A stretch of 64,000 nucleotides of DNA from assembly GCF_009914755.1 (NCBI RefSeq), contig NC_060928.1. One strand, given 5' to 3'. Positions 52,789-64,000 of the stretch are shown one piece after another. Numbering within the stretch: position 1 is the first letter of the stretch; every line of letters starts with the position of its first letter. The position numbers and the translations under genes are program-made. Origin of the DNA: the human T2T-CHM13v2.0 reference genome, Homo sapiens. Below the pieces are notes generated by a model. It worked only from the letters and a program-made list of their open reading frames with translations, made no database searches and was not told the DNA's origin.

Positions 52789-53138
52789 TGATATAGGTTG
52801 GCTGTGTCCCCACCCAAGTCTCATCTTGAATTCCCACGTGTTGTGGGAGGGACCTGGTGGGAGGTAATTGAATCATGGGGGTAGGTCTTTTTCATGCTGT
52901 TCTCGTGATAGTGAGTCTCATGAGATCTGATGGTTATTGTAAGTGGGAGGAGGGTTCCTGCACTAGCTCTTTTTGCTTGCCGGCATCCATGTAAGATGTG
53001 ACTTGCTTTTCCTTGCCTTATGCCATGATTGTGAGGGTTCCCCAGCCACATGGAACTGTAAGTCCAAATAAACCTCTTTCTTTGTAAATTGCCCAGCCTC
53101 GGGTATGTCTTTATCAGGAGTGAAAACAGACTAATACA
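52789..53138 (+). mobile_element. Solo THE1 (THE1B-like) MaLR LTR, apparently nested in an older LTR33-like element (~52570-53355)
   Basis: TGATATaggttggctgtgtccccaccca...gaaaacagactaaTACA; perfect 5-bp TSD CACTC (52784-52788 and 53139-53143). Confidence 0.92.
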
Positions 53139-53369
53139 CACTCCCTTTGTGACCTGAGCTCCAGCCAAGGAACCCCAGCCCAGGGCTCCAGCATTCCCAC
53201 CTCCTGCCTCTGCTGCTCCAGTCCTGGTGGGGTAACAGCCCCCTGCTCTGTGCCTCAGTGTCCTCTGAGTGGCTTTTCTGTCCCTCCATCACCTGTGTGA
53301 CCAATACCCTAAATTAATCACCTGTCTTAAATACCCAGAGTGGTTTCCATCTTTCAGGCAGAAGGTGCT

Positions 53370-54085
53370 TTTTATTTTTCTTTTGAAATAATTATAGATT
53401 TACAAGACTTTGCAAAGATAGGAAGAGAGGTCTCATGCACCCTTCCCCCAGCTTCCCCTAGTGATCTTATGTGACTATAATACAGTATGGAAGCCAGGAA
53501 ATTGATGTGGGTACAATGCGTGTCCTTAGTTCTGTGTCATTTTATCACGTGCATGGATTCCTGTAAGCACCACCACCGTCAAGACACAGCAGTGTGGCCG
53601 CCACAAAGCCCTCCCTCGGCTGCCCTGTGGTGGCCAGACCCACCTCCCCACCCACCACAGCAACTGTAAATCTGAACTTCATCCTTATGGGTTTGTCAAT
53701 TCAAGATCATATACATGGAGTCACACAGTAGGTGACGTTCTGAGATTGGCTTTTCCCCTCAGTGTAATGTGTTTGCAGTGCAGCCCCCTTGCTGGGCCAT
53801 CAGCCGTTTGCTCCTTTTTATAGCCGAGCTGTGGCCACGGTGGACAGTGTGGTCTGTGACGGTGTAATAACTCATCTAGTATGTCTGGTTGTTGACAGTT
53901 TCTGGCTGTTACAAATAAAGCTGCAGTGAACAGCTCTGTACAGGTGTTTGTGTACCTGTGTCTTCATTTCCCTGGGACAATCGCCCAGGAGCCAAGAGCT
54001 GGGTCGCATGTGTGTGTTTTGGATTGTTAAGAAACTGCCAAAGCATTTTCCACAGTGGATGTACCATTTTACATTTCCCAAGAGG
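53370..54085 (-). mobile_element. L1MC-like 3' region
   Basis: ttttgaaataattatagattt...gccaggaaattga...gtaccattttacatttccca. Confidence 0.75.
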
Positions 54086-54159
54086 GTTTTGATCAGTATG
54101 CAAATCTAGAAGAAAAACACAAAAATGATGATTATTTTTGACTGGCATAATTAAATATA

Positions 54160-54448
54160 ATTTTTTTTTGAGACGGAGTCTCACTCTGTCACCCAGGCTA
54201 GAGTGCAGTGGCTCGATTTCAGCTCACTGCAATCTCTGCCTCCTGGATTCAAGCAATTCTCTGCCTCAGCCTCTCGAGTAGTGGGGATTACAGTTGCCCA
54301 CCACCACGCCCAGATAATTTTTGTATTTTTAGTAGAGACGGGGTTTCACCATCTTGGCCAGGCTGGTCTTGAACCCCCAAACTCATGATCCACCCACCTC
54401 AGCCTCCCAAAGTGCTGGGATTACAGGCGTGAGGCACTGCTCCTGGCC
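54160..54448 (-). mobile_element. AluS
   Basis: Alu consensus; TSD aaatataatttt. Confidence 0.92.
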
Positions 54449-54729
54449 AAATATAATTTTTATTCCTTGCATGTATATGCCTGTATCTTCCACATTTTAT
54501 AAAATAAATCAGAAGGATATCCTGTAAAAATTATTTAACAAAAAGAACACTCTCATGAAATTATGATTTTTAAAAGGAAGATACTGCAAGGTCTGTTAGT
54601 GTGATCTTAACTATGTAACGCACACTCACACACACACTTGCCCACACACACACAAACACAGCCCAAGACTCAAGTCCACAGGAGAGCAGCCTGGAGGTCA
54701 CAAGGCCCCATGCTGACTGGAGATTCAGG

Positions 54730-55185
54730 TGCAGTTTCCTGGGGCGGTTTTTGGTGGCTGCCATGACAAATGACCACACGTGGTGGGTTAAAGCAACAGA
54801 AATGTGCCCCCCCACAGTTCTCTGGAGGCCAGAAATCCTAAATCAAGGTGTGGGCAGGGCTGTGTGCCCCCCAAAGCCTCCGGGGGAGGATCCTCCTGCC
54901 TCTGCCGTTCCTGGTGGCTCTAGGTGTTCCTTGGCTTGTGGCCATGTCACTCCAGTCCCTACCTCTGTCTTCACGGAGCCCTCCTTCCCTCTCCTGCTCC
55001 TCCTCCGTGTGTCTCTCATAAGGACGATCATCAGTAAACTCAGGGCCTTCTGGCTAATCCGGGATGATCTCAACTTGATCACATCTGCAAAGACACTTTT
55101 TGCAAACATGGTCAAATGGTGTTTGCAAAACGCCTGGGGGCTGGGATATGGATGTATCTTTCTCAGGGCCAGCAACCCACCTACT
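54730..55185 (-). mobile_element. MaLR LTR (MLT1C-like)
   Basis: gctgccatgacaaatgaccac...ttaaagcaacagaaat...acatctgcaaagac. Confidence 0.75.
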
Positions 55186-55255
55186 ACAGCGGGTGACTTT
55201 TGAAATGTTTGCATACTCTGCTACTTTTTAAATTACCCACAATGAGAATGTATAT

Positions 55256-55558
<303 letters not shown>

Positions 55559-58369
55559 TAGACGATGACTAATAATGCTACTAATAATAAACAGTTGCAT
55601 AAAAGTAATCGTTATTTTTCCCAACTTGAGAATGAGCCAGAGGCAGAAAGGGAGAGACAGTCGACAGAGCTTCCTCAAACATCCCCACCAGGCGCTGAAG
55701 TGGTTCCAGTTCTCCGGCCTTGTAAACCTGCCGGGGGAGCTTCCTGCCGCTGAGCACTCGCGAGCAGCCTTGATTACATTTCCTCGGGGTAGATTCCGGG
55801 AGCTGCTGGGCCTGGGTGCACAGGGACACTCAGCTCTCGGTGGCTCTGGAATCTCTCTCTCTCTCTGGCCACCTCCCCCACTCCCCATTCTGTAAGGCAC
55901 CCAGCCTGGGGTCAGAGAAGCCCGGATGGGGTGAGGTGGGGGCTTGCTCCTGAAGATGCTCTCAGGATTGTCCATGCGTCCACGTGGCTTCTCTCATGGT
56001 GCCTGCATCTGAGCCGCTGCTACTTCCTGACAGGGATACAAGGCAGGTGCACGTTGAGGGACCCTCACTCCACCCAGACCGAGGCCTGAGGGGCCAAGTG
56101 CGTGGACGCCATCCTTCCAGTCATTCCGTGGACTATCCCTCCAATCGCTGTGGCGAAACGCACTGCTCATGGACACAGCCGAGCACCTATTTCTGAAGGG
56201 TCTGAGTTTCTGGGGTCCCACCTTTCTTTGAATTTGTGCTACATTTTCATTAACTTTTCTCACCGAACATGTGAGTACAAAGAGGCACGGCAGGAAATCC
56301 CCGGTTCCCAGACGTGGCCCTCCCTGCTTCACTGTGCAGTAGCAACTGCCCCCCCCGATTTCTCCCCAGGGAATCAGGAGCCATCGCCCCAGCCTGTGGA
56401 ATCACCCTCTGGGCCCATTTGTTCAGCAGAACGAGGGGCCCAACTGGCCAGGTGGCAGGTTCGTCTTCTGATTGATGGGGCCATGTCTGTGGCCCCTGTT
56501 GGAAGCACTCCTGCCATGGGAACCAAGACTCCTGCCAGCAGAGCTCAAAGAAAATATGGATTTAGCCTTCACTGACAATGTCACCAGCTTTAGTCCAGGC
56601 CGCATGCCTAGTAGGGGAAGCCCAGGGGCAGTGTTCGTCCAGAACCAGGGCCTCCCCGGCCTGGGGGCAGCGACGCCTAACCTGGATATTGACAGGAGGA
56701 AGAATCCACGGAAGTGGAAAGGGCACTGCAGGGCGAAGGCCTGCAGGCTGGAGAAGGCCGGCATGTCGCTGCAGGAGCCTGGGGAACCGGTGAGCCACAG
56801 CAGATGGAGGGGGGAGGCTCCAGAGCCCTCTACTCCACCGCCAGGGCCAGGCCTGCGGGCAGGGGTGCCGGGAAGCGGACGCCTCGGGGGTGACGTCACT
56901 GACCACAAGTGGCTGTAGCAGGAGTGGAAGTGCTCAGCCTGCACAAAGATACCACAAGGTCTGTGCTGACCCAGAGACCCACAGATGGGGCAGGGGTGAA
57001 GCAGGGGGGCCCCTTTGGGGGCAGGGAATCCACCGCGGCTGCATGGCTGGAGCTTCCTGCCAACTGCAGGAAAATTATAGGGGTCCTTGCCACAGCTGGA
57101 GGGAGCATACCGCAGCCCTGCAGGAAGCAGGAACACACTCTTGTCCACCCTCTGGGCCTGCCCAGGGGCTCCTCCACAGCCGCTGAGTGTCACCTCTTGA
57201 AGGGTTTGTCATCGTACATATCCATACGGAGATATTGAAGATTAAGGGGACAATGTCTCTGCACATCCAGATGCCACAAAAGTGCCCTCTGCGGACACAA
57301 CCCTGGCGGGGCCACCTCCTCTCTCGACCCCAGCTGCTCCCCACCCCGTCCTTGCCTCTCCACCCATGCAGCCCCCAGCACCCCTGCCACACTTGGTGTC
57401 ACATCCAAACCTTTGCCAGGGCCTGCACCCTGGGCCTGACCCCACTCTAGCCCACCCACCCCCGCTTTCACCACCCGCTGCTGCCCCACACTTGGCCAGA
57501 AAGAGCGATTCGAGGCCTTCCCTCTGTCCTGGCCTGTCCCTGCCACGCCTATTCCCAGCAGTGGGACGTTTAGGACATGCAAGTGCTGGCGGGTGGCATG
57601 GTCAATGCCACCAGCAGCACCCACAGCTGGGCCTGGGAAGAGAATTCCAGCTAAACCTGCATCCAGTCCAGGGCAACAGGGCCCAGGGTTACGGGCACTC
57701 TGGCAGGAGTCCAGGGCCCCAGGGTCAGCCCCGCCCTTCTGCCATCCCGCTGTGACCCTGAGCAGATGATCCCGCCTCCCAGACCCTCGGCTCCGTCCCT
57801 GCACTGACTCCCACCAGCCCCTGCTGACCCAGGCTGCTCGTCAGGCCTCATGCAGCCCACAGGACAGGCACTGCCGGGAAGGTGCAGCTGTGGGGAAGGG
57901 GCAGGCAGAGCCCCCGCTCTCAGCCATGGCTGGAGGACATGGACTGCAGTCTGCAGCGCGAGGCCTGTGGGGTGGTGGCCTCCCAGGGTAGAGGCTCTCT
58001 CAGGGCCCTGGGCTGGGTTCCCAGCAAGGTGGCCGCTCAGTTCTGCCGAGTGAGCCTGGATTGCAGCATCGCTAGCCAGGGCATCTCAGTGACGGCAGAG
58101 GTTGCAGGAAGGTGAGGGGATTTCCCAATTCCAAATGTCACCTCCATCCCTCCTGTGCCAGGCTCCCAGCCTGACCTGTCTGACCTCTCTCCTCAGGCCT
58201 TGGCTTAGGTCGGGGTCCCCCAGATGCAGACGTGAGCCTGACTTTGACCTTCGTGGTGCAGGTGTGGAGCGGTGTGTGGTGCTCAGGAGGGCGCTGAGCA
58301 GTTCACGGCTGGAGGGCACCGGTGTCTGCACTGCACCCTGACACAGCCTGGGAAAAAGTGTGTGCGCAC

Positions 58370-58885
58370 GTGGGAGACAGACAGACACGTGAGAGATGGA
58401 GCGACACACACATGCAGAGATGTAGAGACACAGAGAGAGATGCACAGAGACACAGAGAGAACAGAGACACAGAGAGAGACACAGAGACACAGAGACAGAG
58501 AGAGAACAGAGACACAGAGAGACACAGAGACACACAGAGAGACACACAGAGACACAGACACAGAGAGAACAGAGACACAGAAAGAACAGAGACACGCAGA
58601 GAGATATAGAGACACAGAGAGGACAGAGACAGAGAGAGACACAGAGACAGAGAAAGACACATAGAGAGACATAGAGACATAGAGATACAGAGGGATACAG
58701 AGAGACAGAGACATACAGAGACAGAGACAGAAAGACAGAGACACAGCGAGAAACAAAGACATGCAGACAGACACATAGAGAGACATAAAGACACAGAGAT
58801 AGAGACAGAGAGACACGGAGAGACAGGGAGTGATTGAGGGATGGAAGGAGACAGAGAGAGGTGGAGGGACAGAGCCAGAGCCAGA
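58370..58885. repeat. (AGAGAC/ACAGAG)n purine-rich simple repeat
   Basis: seen directly. Confidence 0.92.
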
Positions 58886-59159
58886 GCGGTAAAGCGGATG
58901 TCATAGGACGTGAGCGTCTGGGGACCCTGGGGAAGGTGCATGGCATTCTTTGTCACTCTCATGTGTCTACGACTCTATAATTATCTCAAATAAAAGCTCA
59001 GAACACGTGGAAGGAGGTGCATCTTGGAGGAGGGATGCGGGGCCAGGCTGGCCCAGCACGGAACAGGGAACGCTGCCCGAGTCAGGCAGGAGTAGGATGG
59101 CGGGGACACCAGGGCCCATAGCAGCAGGAGGCGGCGGGGTCGAGGATTGGCTACTCCTG

Positions 59160-59310
59160 GGGATGGGGTTTCTTTCTGGGGTGGTGGGAATGTTTTAAAA
59201 TTGATGCCAGTGATGGGGGCCCATGTGTGGATGTACCAAACACTGCTGAATCTCACACTTTACAAGCATGAATTGTATAGTTCGTGAATTATCTCACAAA
59301 AAAGCGGTTG
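59160..59310 (+). mobile_element. L1M 3'-terminal fragment followed by an AT-rich tract
   Basis: gggtttctttctggggtggtgggaatgttttaaaattg...gtgaattatctc. Confidence 0.65.
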
Positions 59311-59583
59311 CATATATATGTTACACAAATTATCTATACATTATATACAATAATATATTTTATATTAAGATAGTATATATTATGTATTATTTTTATATAT
59401 TTTATTTAAGACTTTTTCTTGCTGGAGGTGTGAATAGGGAGAGGCTCCACAGGAAATCCCAGTTTCCTGACGGGGTACACCCTGCCCCACTGCACGTCCG
59501 CAGCCCCAGCCGCTTTCTCCTCGGGAAGGAGGAGGGTTCGCCCCAGCAGGTAGAACAGCCCCTGTTGCCCATTTGCTCAGCAG

Positions 59584-59678
59584 AATGGAGGCCCACGTGG
59601 CCAGGTAGCATGGGACGGGGTGGGCTGGAAATGGAGGCCCACATGGCCAGGTAGCGTGGGATGAGGTGTGCTGGAAAT
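59584..59678. repeat. 46-bp direct duplication
   Basis: aatggaggcccac(g/a)tggccaggtagc(a/g)tggga... at 59584 and 59630. Confidence 0.85.
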
Positions 59679-60834
59679 CAGGGTCTGGGAAGGTGGAGCA
59701 GTTTCAGGTGATGCTGGAGCTGGGTGTGGGAGTTGGGGCCCGGGAGGGATGGAGGAGGAAGTCCCTGCAGTGGGGGTCCTGGGAACAGGGAGGCCGGATG
59801 CACTGCTGTCCCCACCCGTGGAGTCTCTAGGACGAGGGTGGGGCTGACTCCCAGGACTTGGGAGGGAGGGGGTCAGCTTGGGTCAGGGAAGAGACGACAG
59901 CGGGTGGAGGTTTGTGTGTGTTTCAGATAGAGACGGCTGTGCATGGGTGTGAGCTGTTGAGGCATTTTGCCCGAGCGTATCTTAGAGGTGGTGGCATTTA
60001 GGGATGAGGGGTGGGGTGTCACTTCACCTCTCGGAGCCTCTGCGTTCTTCCCTAGGACATGGGAATGGTCACAGGATTCAACCACACCTGGTCAGGGAGC
60101 AGTGGGAACGGGCTCAGCACTCGCACTGTGGAGGAGGCACCTGAGGAGCAGCTGTTTCCCCGCAGGAGCCCGAGGGTCACCAGAGGCCTCCTTGCCCCTC
60201 AGGGCGGAAGCCCCACCTTCCCGGCCCTCTTCAGTCCCCCAGGCCCCTGGGACCCTACAGAGGCAGCTCAAGCATCCCAGCCTTACCCCACAGAGCAGTG
60301 TCCCCCCTACTCACCCCCGACAGCTTCCCTATTCCTGACACCCAGGTGGCCAGAACCACAATTTAGGCCATTACCTCACCCCAGCTCCCACTGGAGGATG
60401 GAGGCCTCAGACGACCCCTGGCCAGTGGCCCCTCAGAAGGTGGACAGAGGCCGAGCGGCCTCCAGGACAGCAGCACCGTCTGCGGGCAGGTGGGGCTGGC
60501 AGTCTTGGGAGAGCCCCCTCCCTGGACAGGACATCCCCTCCCAGGAGGCAGAGGCCGCTGTGGTCCAGGGTGTTCACATTCAACCCCTCCTGGCAGGGCT
60601 GGGTGGAGTCAGGGTGATTTCCAAGAGGGGTTCGGGCTCCAGAAAGCCAAAGGAGGAGCGCCATGTGAAAAAGAAAAAGGAGACCCTTGCCCAGCTGCGT
60701 GACCCTGATTCATCGTTTCATTTCATCAGCCAGGGTGGGTTCCATGCCCTTGAAGCCATCTCCCCGCTCCTTCCCCCTCCTCCCAGCCTTCCTCCTGTGA
60801 GCCTCCACTTCGCTTCTGTACAAGATGAGTCCCT

Positions 60835-61035
60835 CTGCCTAGGTTCCAATCCAATGCTGCAGCTCACTCACTGTGTGATCTTGGACACAGCGATGAGCTG
60901 TTGAGCCTCTCTGTGCCTTGCTTTCTTTATCTGTGCAATGGGCATGATAATAGTAAGACCTCCTTCAGAGGGTGTGGTAAGGGCTAGACACCTGCACAGT
61001 CCCTAGTACACAGTACATCACAGAAGCTCAATCAA
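60835..61035. mobile_element. MIR (further MIR/L2 relics are scattered through the window)
   Basis: ctgtgtgatcttggaca...ctctctgtgcctt...tctgtgcaatgggcatgataatag core. Confidence 0.65.
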
Positions 61036-64000
61036 TGCGACCTACTAGTATCAGTTAGCCTGGTTGTCTCAGCCACCCACTTTCCCTTTGTGGGCCTCAG
61101 TTTTTCCTTCCATAAAATGGGTATGGAACAGCAGTGTGGCTCTGGAGGAAGAACATACACTTTGGGGTCAGATCCGACTTTTCCTAAGCCTGGGTCCATC
61201 ACCTAAAGGCTGAGGGGCCTTCGGCAAGTCGTGTAAACTCCCCTAGCTCGGCTTTCTGTACCTATAAAATGGCTGTAACTGGCATTCCCCCTTGAGGGGT
61301 TGTTCCCAGAGCTTACAGAAGCACCCAAGGACGGCAGAGCTGATGTCAGTGTTGGGAGGTGCAGAAAGGGTGGCCCATATCACAACCTACGCCCACCCCC
61401 CACCCATCAGCCTGAGCAGAGGCCACCCTCTGAGTCACCCACTCACACAGCCACCGCGTCTTATCACAGCTGATGATGGTCTTCAAGGTCCCTGGAGTGG
61501 TGTAAGTGATGACCTCATCTGAGACGAAGCCTGGACTTGGGCAGGGGTCAAGCCAAAGGGCCGAGCCTGCCCACAGCTTGGAGGGCTCCTCTGCAGGCCC
61601 AGGATGCGCACTGCTGTCCAGCTCTGGGCGGAGATGGAGGGATGGGATGGGGCCATGGGGTCCTGGCATGGGACAAGAGTACCCTGGAGAGAGGCAGACC
61701 CAGGCCCAGCCTGGAGGGAGTGAATTCCATTCCACTGAGGATAAGCAACGTCTCATCTTATGCTTGTTTGTAAAGAACTATCAATATTTCGGGCAGGGTG
61801 ACAAGCGGGAGTAAGTAGAAATGAGCGAAGGAGGGGTGTACGTAAATTAAACAAGCTTCCTGGCATTGTTGAAGAACGAGCTGAGATAACACGGGCCAGA
61901 GGGCCGGCCCTGCGCCTGCACACGTTGGCCTGGCGGAGCCTGTATCTGGAGCTCTGGGCTGACGACAGAGGCGGTCCTGTGCTGGGAAGCCAGAGACTTA
62001 GAGGAACCTCCCGGGTGGATCCCAGGCCCTTGGGGAATCCTCTCCTACTCCTGGCCCCTAAGTCAGGTGTTCAGGGTTGGGGATGGGAGGCCCCAAAGTT
62101 TACTGAGTGAGAGGCAGTGCAGGGCGGGAGCAGCAGGGGGCGCGGCTCTCCTGAGGACAGCGCTGGGCTCCTGCCAAGCTCAAGGCAGCCACTGTGAGCC
62201 CTGCCTGCCCATTTCAGGGAAGAGCAAAGGCCACCCCAGGGAACTGCATCCCAGCTGCAGAGCAGAGAAGGGTCTTTTCACTCCGGGCCTCAGTTTCCCT
62301 CTCTGTACAAGAGGACTAAATCCCCACTGCAAGGTGGTCAAGATGGTGACCGTTGGGGGCAGCATGGTCTCCAGGGAGGAGCAAGGACTTGACCTAAGGA
62401 CAGGCCAAGATCTGAGGCCCACCTGCCAGAATCTCTGGCGTTGCACTCCCCCAGCCCTGTTCTAAGGATCCTAACGCCCACCTCTCAGGCGCCTCGTGAA
62501 GACTGAGTCAAGTGTATGCAGAGCGCTCCAGCAGCCTCAGGGCCTACACATCGGCAGCTGTGGTTCCTTGGAAACTGTGGCAGGCTGTGCAAACTCTGAC
62601 CTGCTGCAGCGCCGGTCCTGGACTCTCTCAGAGACTCAGTTTCCCCATTGTAGAGGAAAAGCTTAGGGGAAATGAGCTCTTGGGCCCTTCCCAGGGACTT
62701 AGTTTTCTGCGCACTGAAGGATCCAGGGATGGAAAAGTGTTGATCTTCAGGGCCAGGTGTCTGCAGGAAAACACAGGCCCCCCAAAAAGCCAGCTCTGGG
62801 CCACAGTAGCCCGCCAAGGCTTACTCGAGGGGCAGGCATCCTGGGCACGTGAAAAATTCTCCTTGCGCCTTAGGCAAGCCCACCCTGCAGAGACATGAAC
62901 CGGGAGCCCTGGCCAAGGTTGAGGGAGGTTCAGCCCAGCCCTGAGGTCCCCAACTCCTAGCATTCTGGGTCATTCCAAAAAATGGCCTGAAATTCTCCAC
63001 ATCTTCAAAGTAAAGTGCACTTGAGGTTTGTAGAGGCAGAAACGCAGGTGCTATTGCCCCTTGTCAAAGGGCCTTTTAGGGGGAGAAGCTCCAGGTCCCT
63101 TCTCTCCCCGTCCCCTGGGACCCTTCAACCTTTCACTCTCTCTGGGTCCTATGGGGGCTCACACTTGGCGCCCCGCCTCCTCCCACCTCGTCCTCCCCAG
63201 ACATCTTGTCTGATGGGGCCGCTCCCTACTCAACGCCTCCCCAGGCCTTTGAGGACCCAGGGCCCTCAGGGATCAGGCCCCTCCACCTTCCCATTCCCCG
63301 AGGCCCTTTAACCTCCAGCTCCCCCTCCCTCCTCTGGACCAGAGGTACCCCTCCCCATTCTTAACTTGGTTATCTGTGAACCTGGATGGAAAAACATCTT
63401 TATTTACCCCAACAACTCCAACTGAAGTCCAGCATTCATTCCTTTGGGGGTGCAGTTGACCCCAGCCAGCAGGGCCTGTGGCTCCACGGCCAGCAGAAGC
63501 AGTGTTTACATCCCCATGTTACCGCCCTCACCGAAGGTGTCTCCAGTGGCAGCCCTCTGCACAGGGCTGCTGCGAAGTGTCCACTGGTATCAGACGACAG
63601 ACCGACCAGAACCTGCCATTAACATGCTGATAAAGAAGCCCATAGGCCACGCTGTCATGAATTGTTTCATGTATTTTGATAACTGTGTTTTGATAGAATT
63701 GTTCCCCTTTGTGACCCCATGGTCTTTGTTTTATGCGTTTAAATCTACTTGACGACATCGTTCTGAAAAGGACACCCAGGCTTCGCCAGGCAGCCCAGGG
63801 TACTAGGAACACACACAGTGTGAAGACCGCAGCTCCAGGCTGTGCGCGCGGCGTTATCTCCTGCTGCCCCGACCTGCTTTTGCTTGGGAGCCTCTGCCCA
63901 GGTCACGGCCAGCTCCCGCTTCCCATCCTTCCTCTTCAGGCTTGACATTCACCTCCAAGGGGGGTTCTGCCTTCTCTCACAACTCCGCAGCCTTCACCCC

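Noticed and set aside
53030-53052. PRDM9 hotspot motif in THE1
   Set aside because: The site reads gggttccccagccac, not CCTCCCTNNCCAC

Overview
Primate, almost certainly human, genomic DNA (GC-rich, Alu/L1/MaLR/ERV1 repeats). Bases 4157-35730 hold 16 coding exons on the + strand with canonical AG/GT boundaries. Their phases chain into one uninterrupted frame of 3839 nt ending at TGA 35728-35730, followed by AATAAA at 35847-35852. The product (one SH3 domain plus a long TPR-like helical region) is recognisable as SH3TC1; its promoter and first coding exon lie upstream of the window. The remaining ~28 kb is intergenic and TE-rich. From recalled synteny (4p16.1), HTRA3 should begin shortly past the window end; this cannot be verified here. 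Almost all other listed ORFs are repeat or GC-content artefacts. I do not see a demonstrably new biological system. The best leads are regulatory or RNA-structural: a MER41B-type LTR with both STAT GAS sites intact next to a strong CTCF motif, mirror-image repeat arrays in front of a 42-nt exon, competing frame-breaking splice sites, a MADE1 hairpin, inverted Alu pairs, and a VNTR that appears to derive from a MaLR LTR. Repeat subfamily names come from remembered consensus sequences and their edges are approximate.
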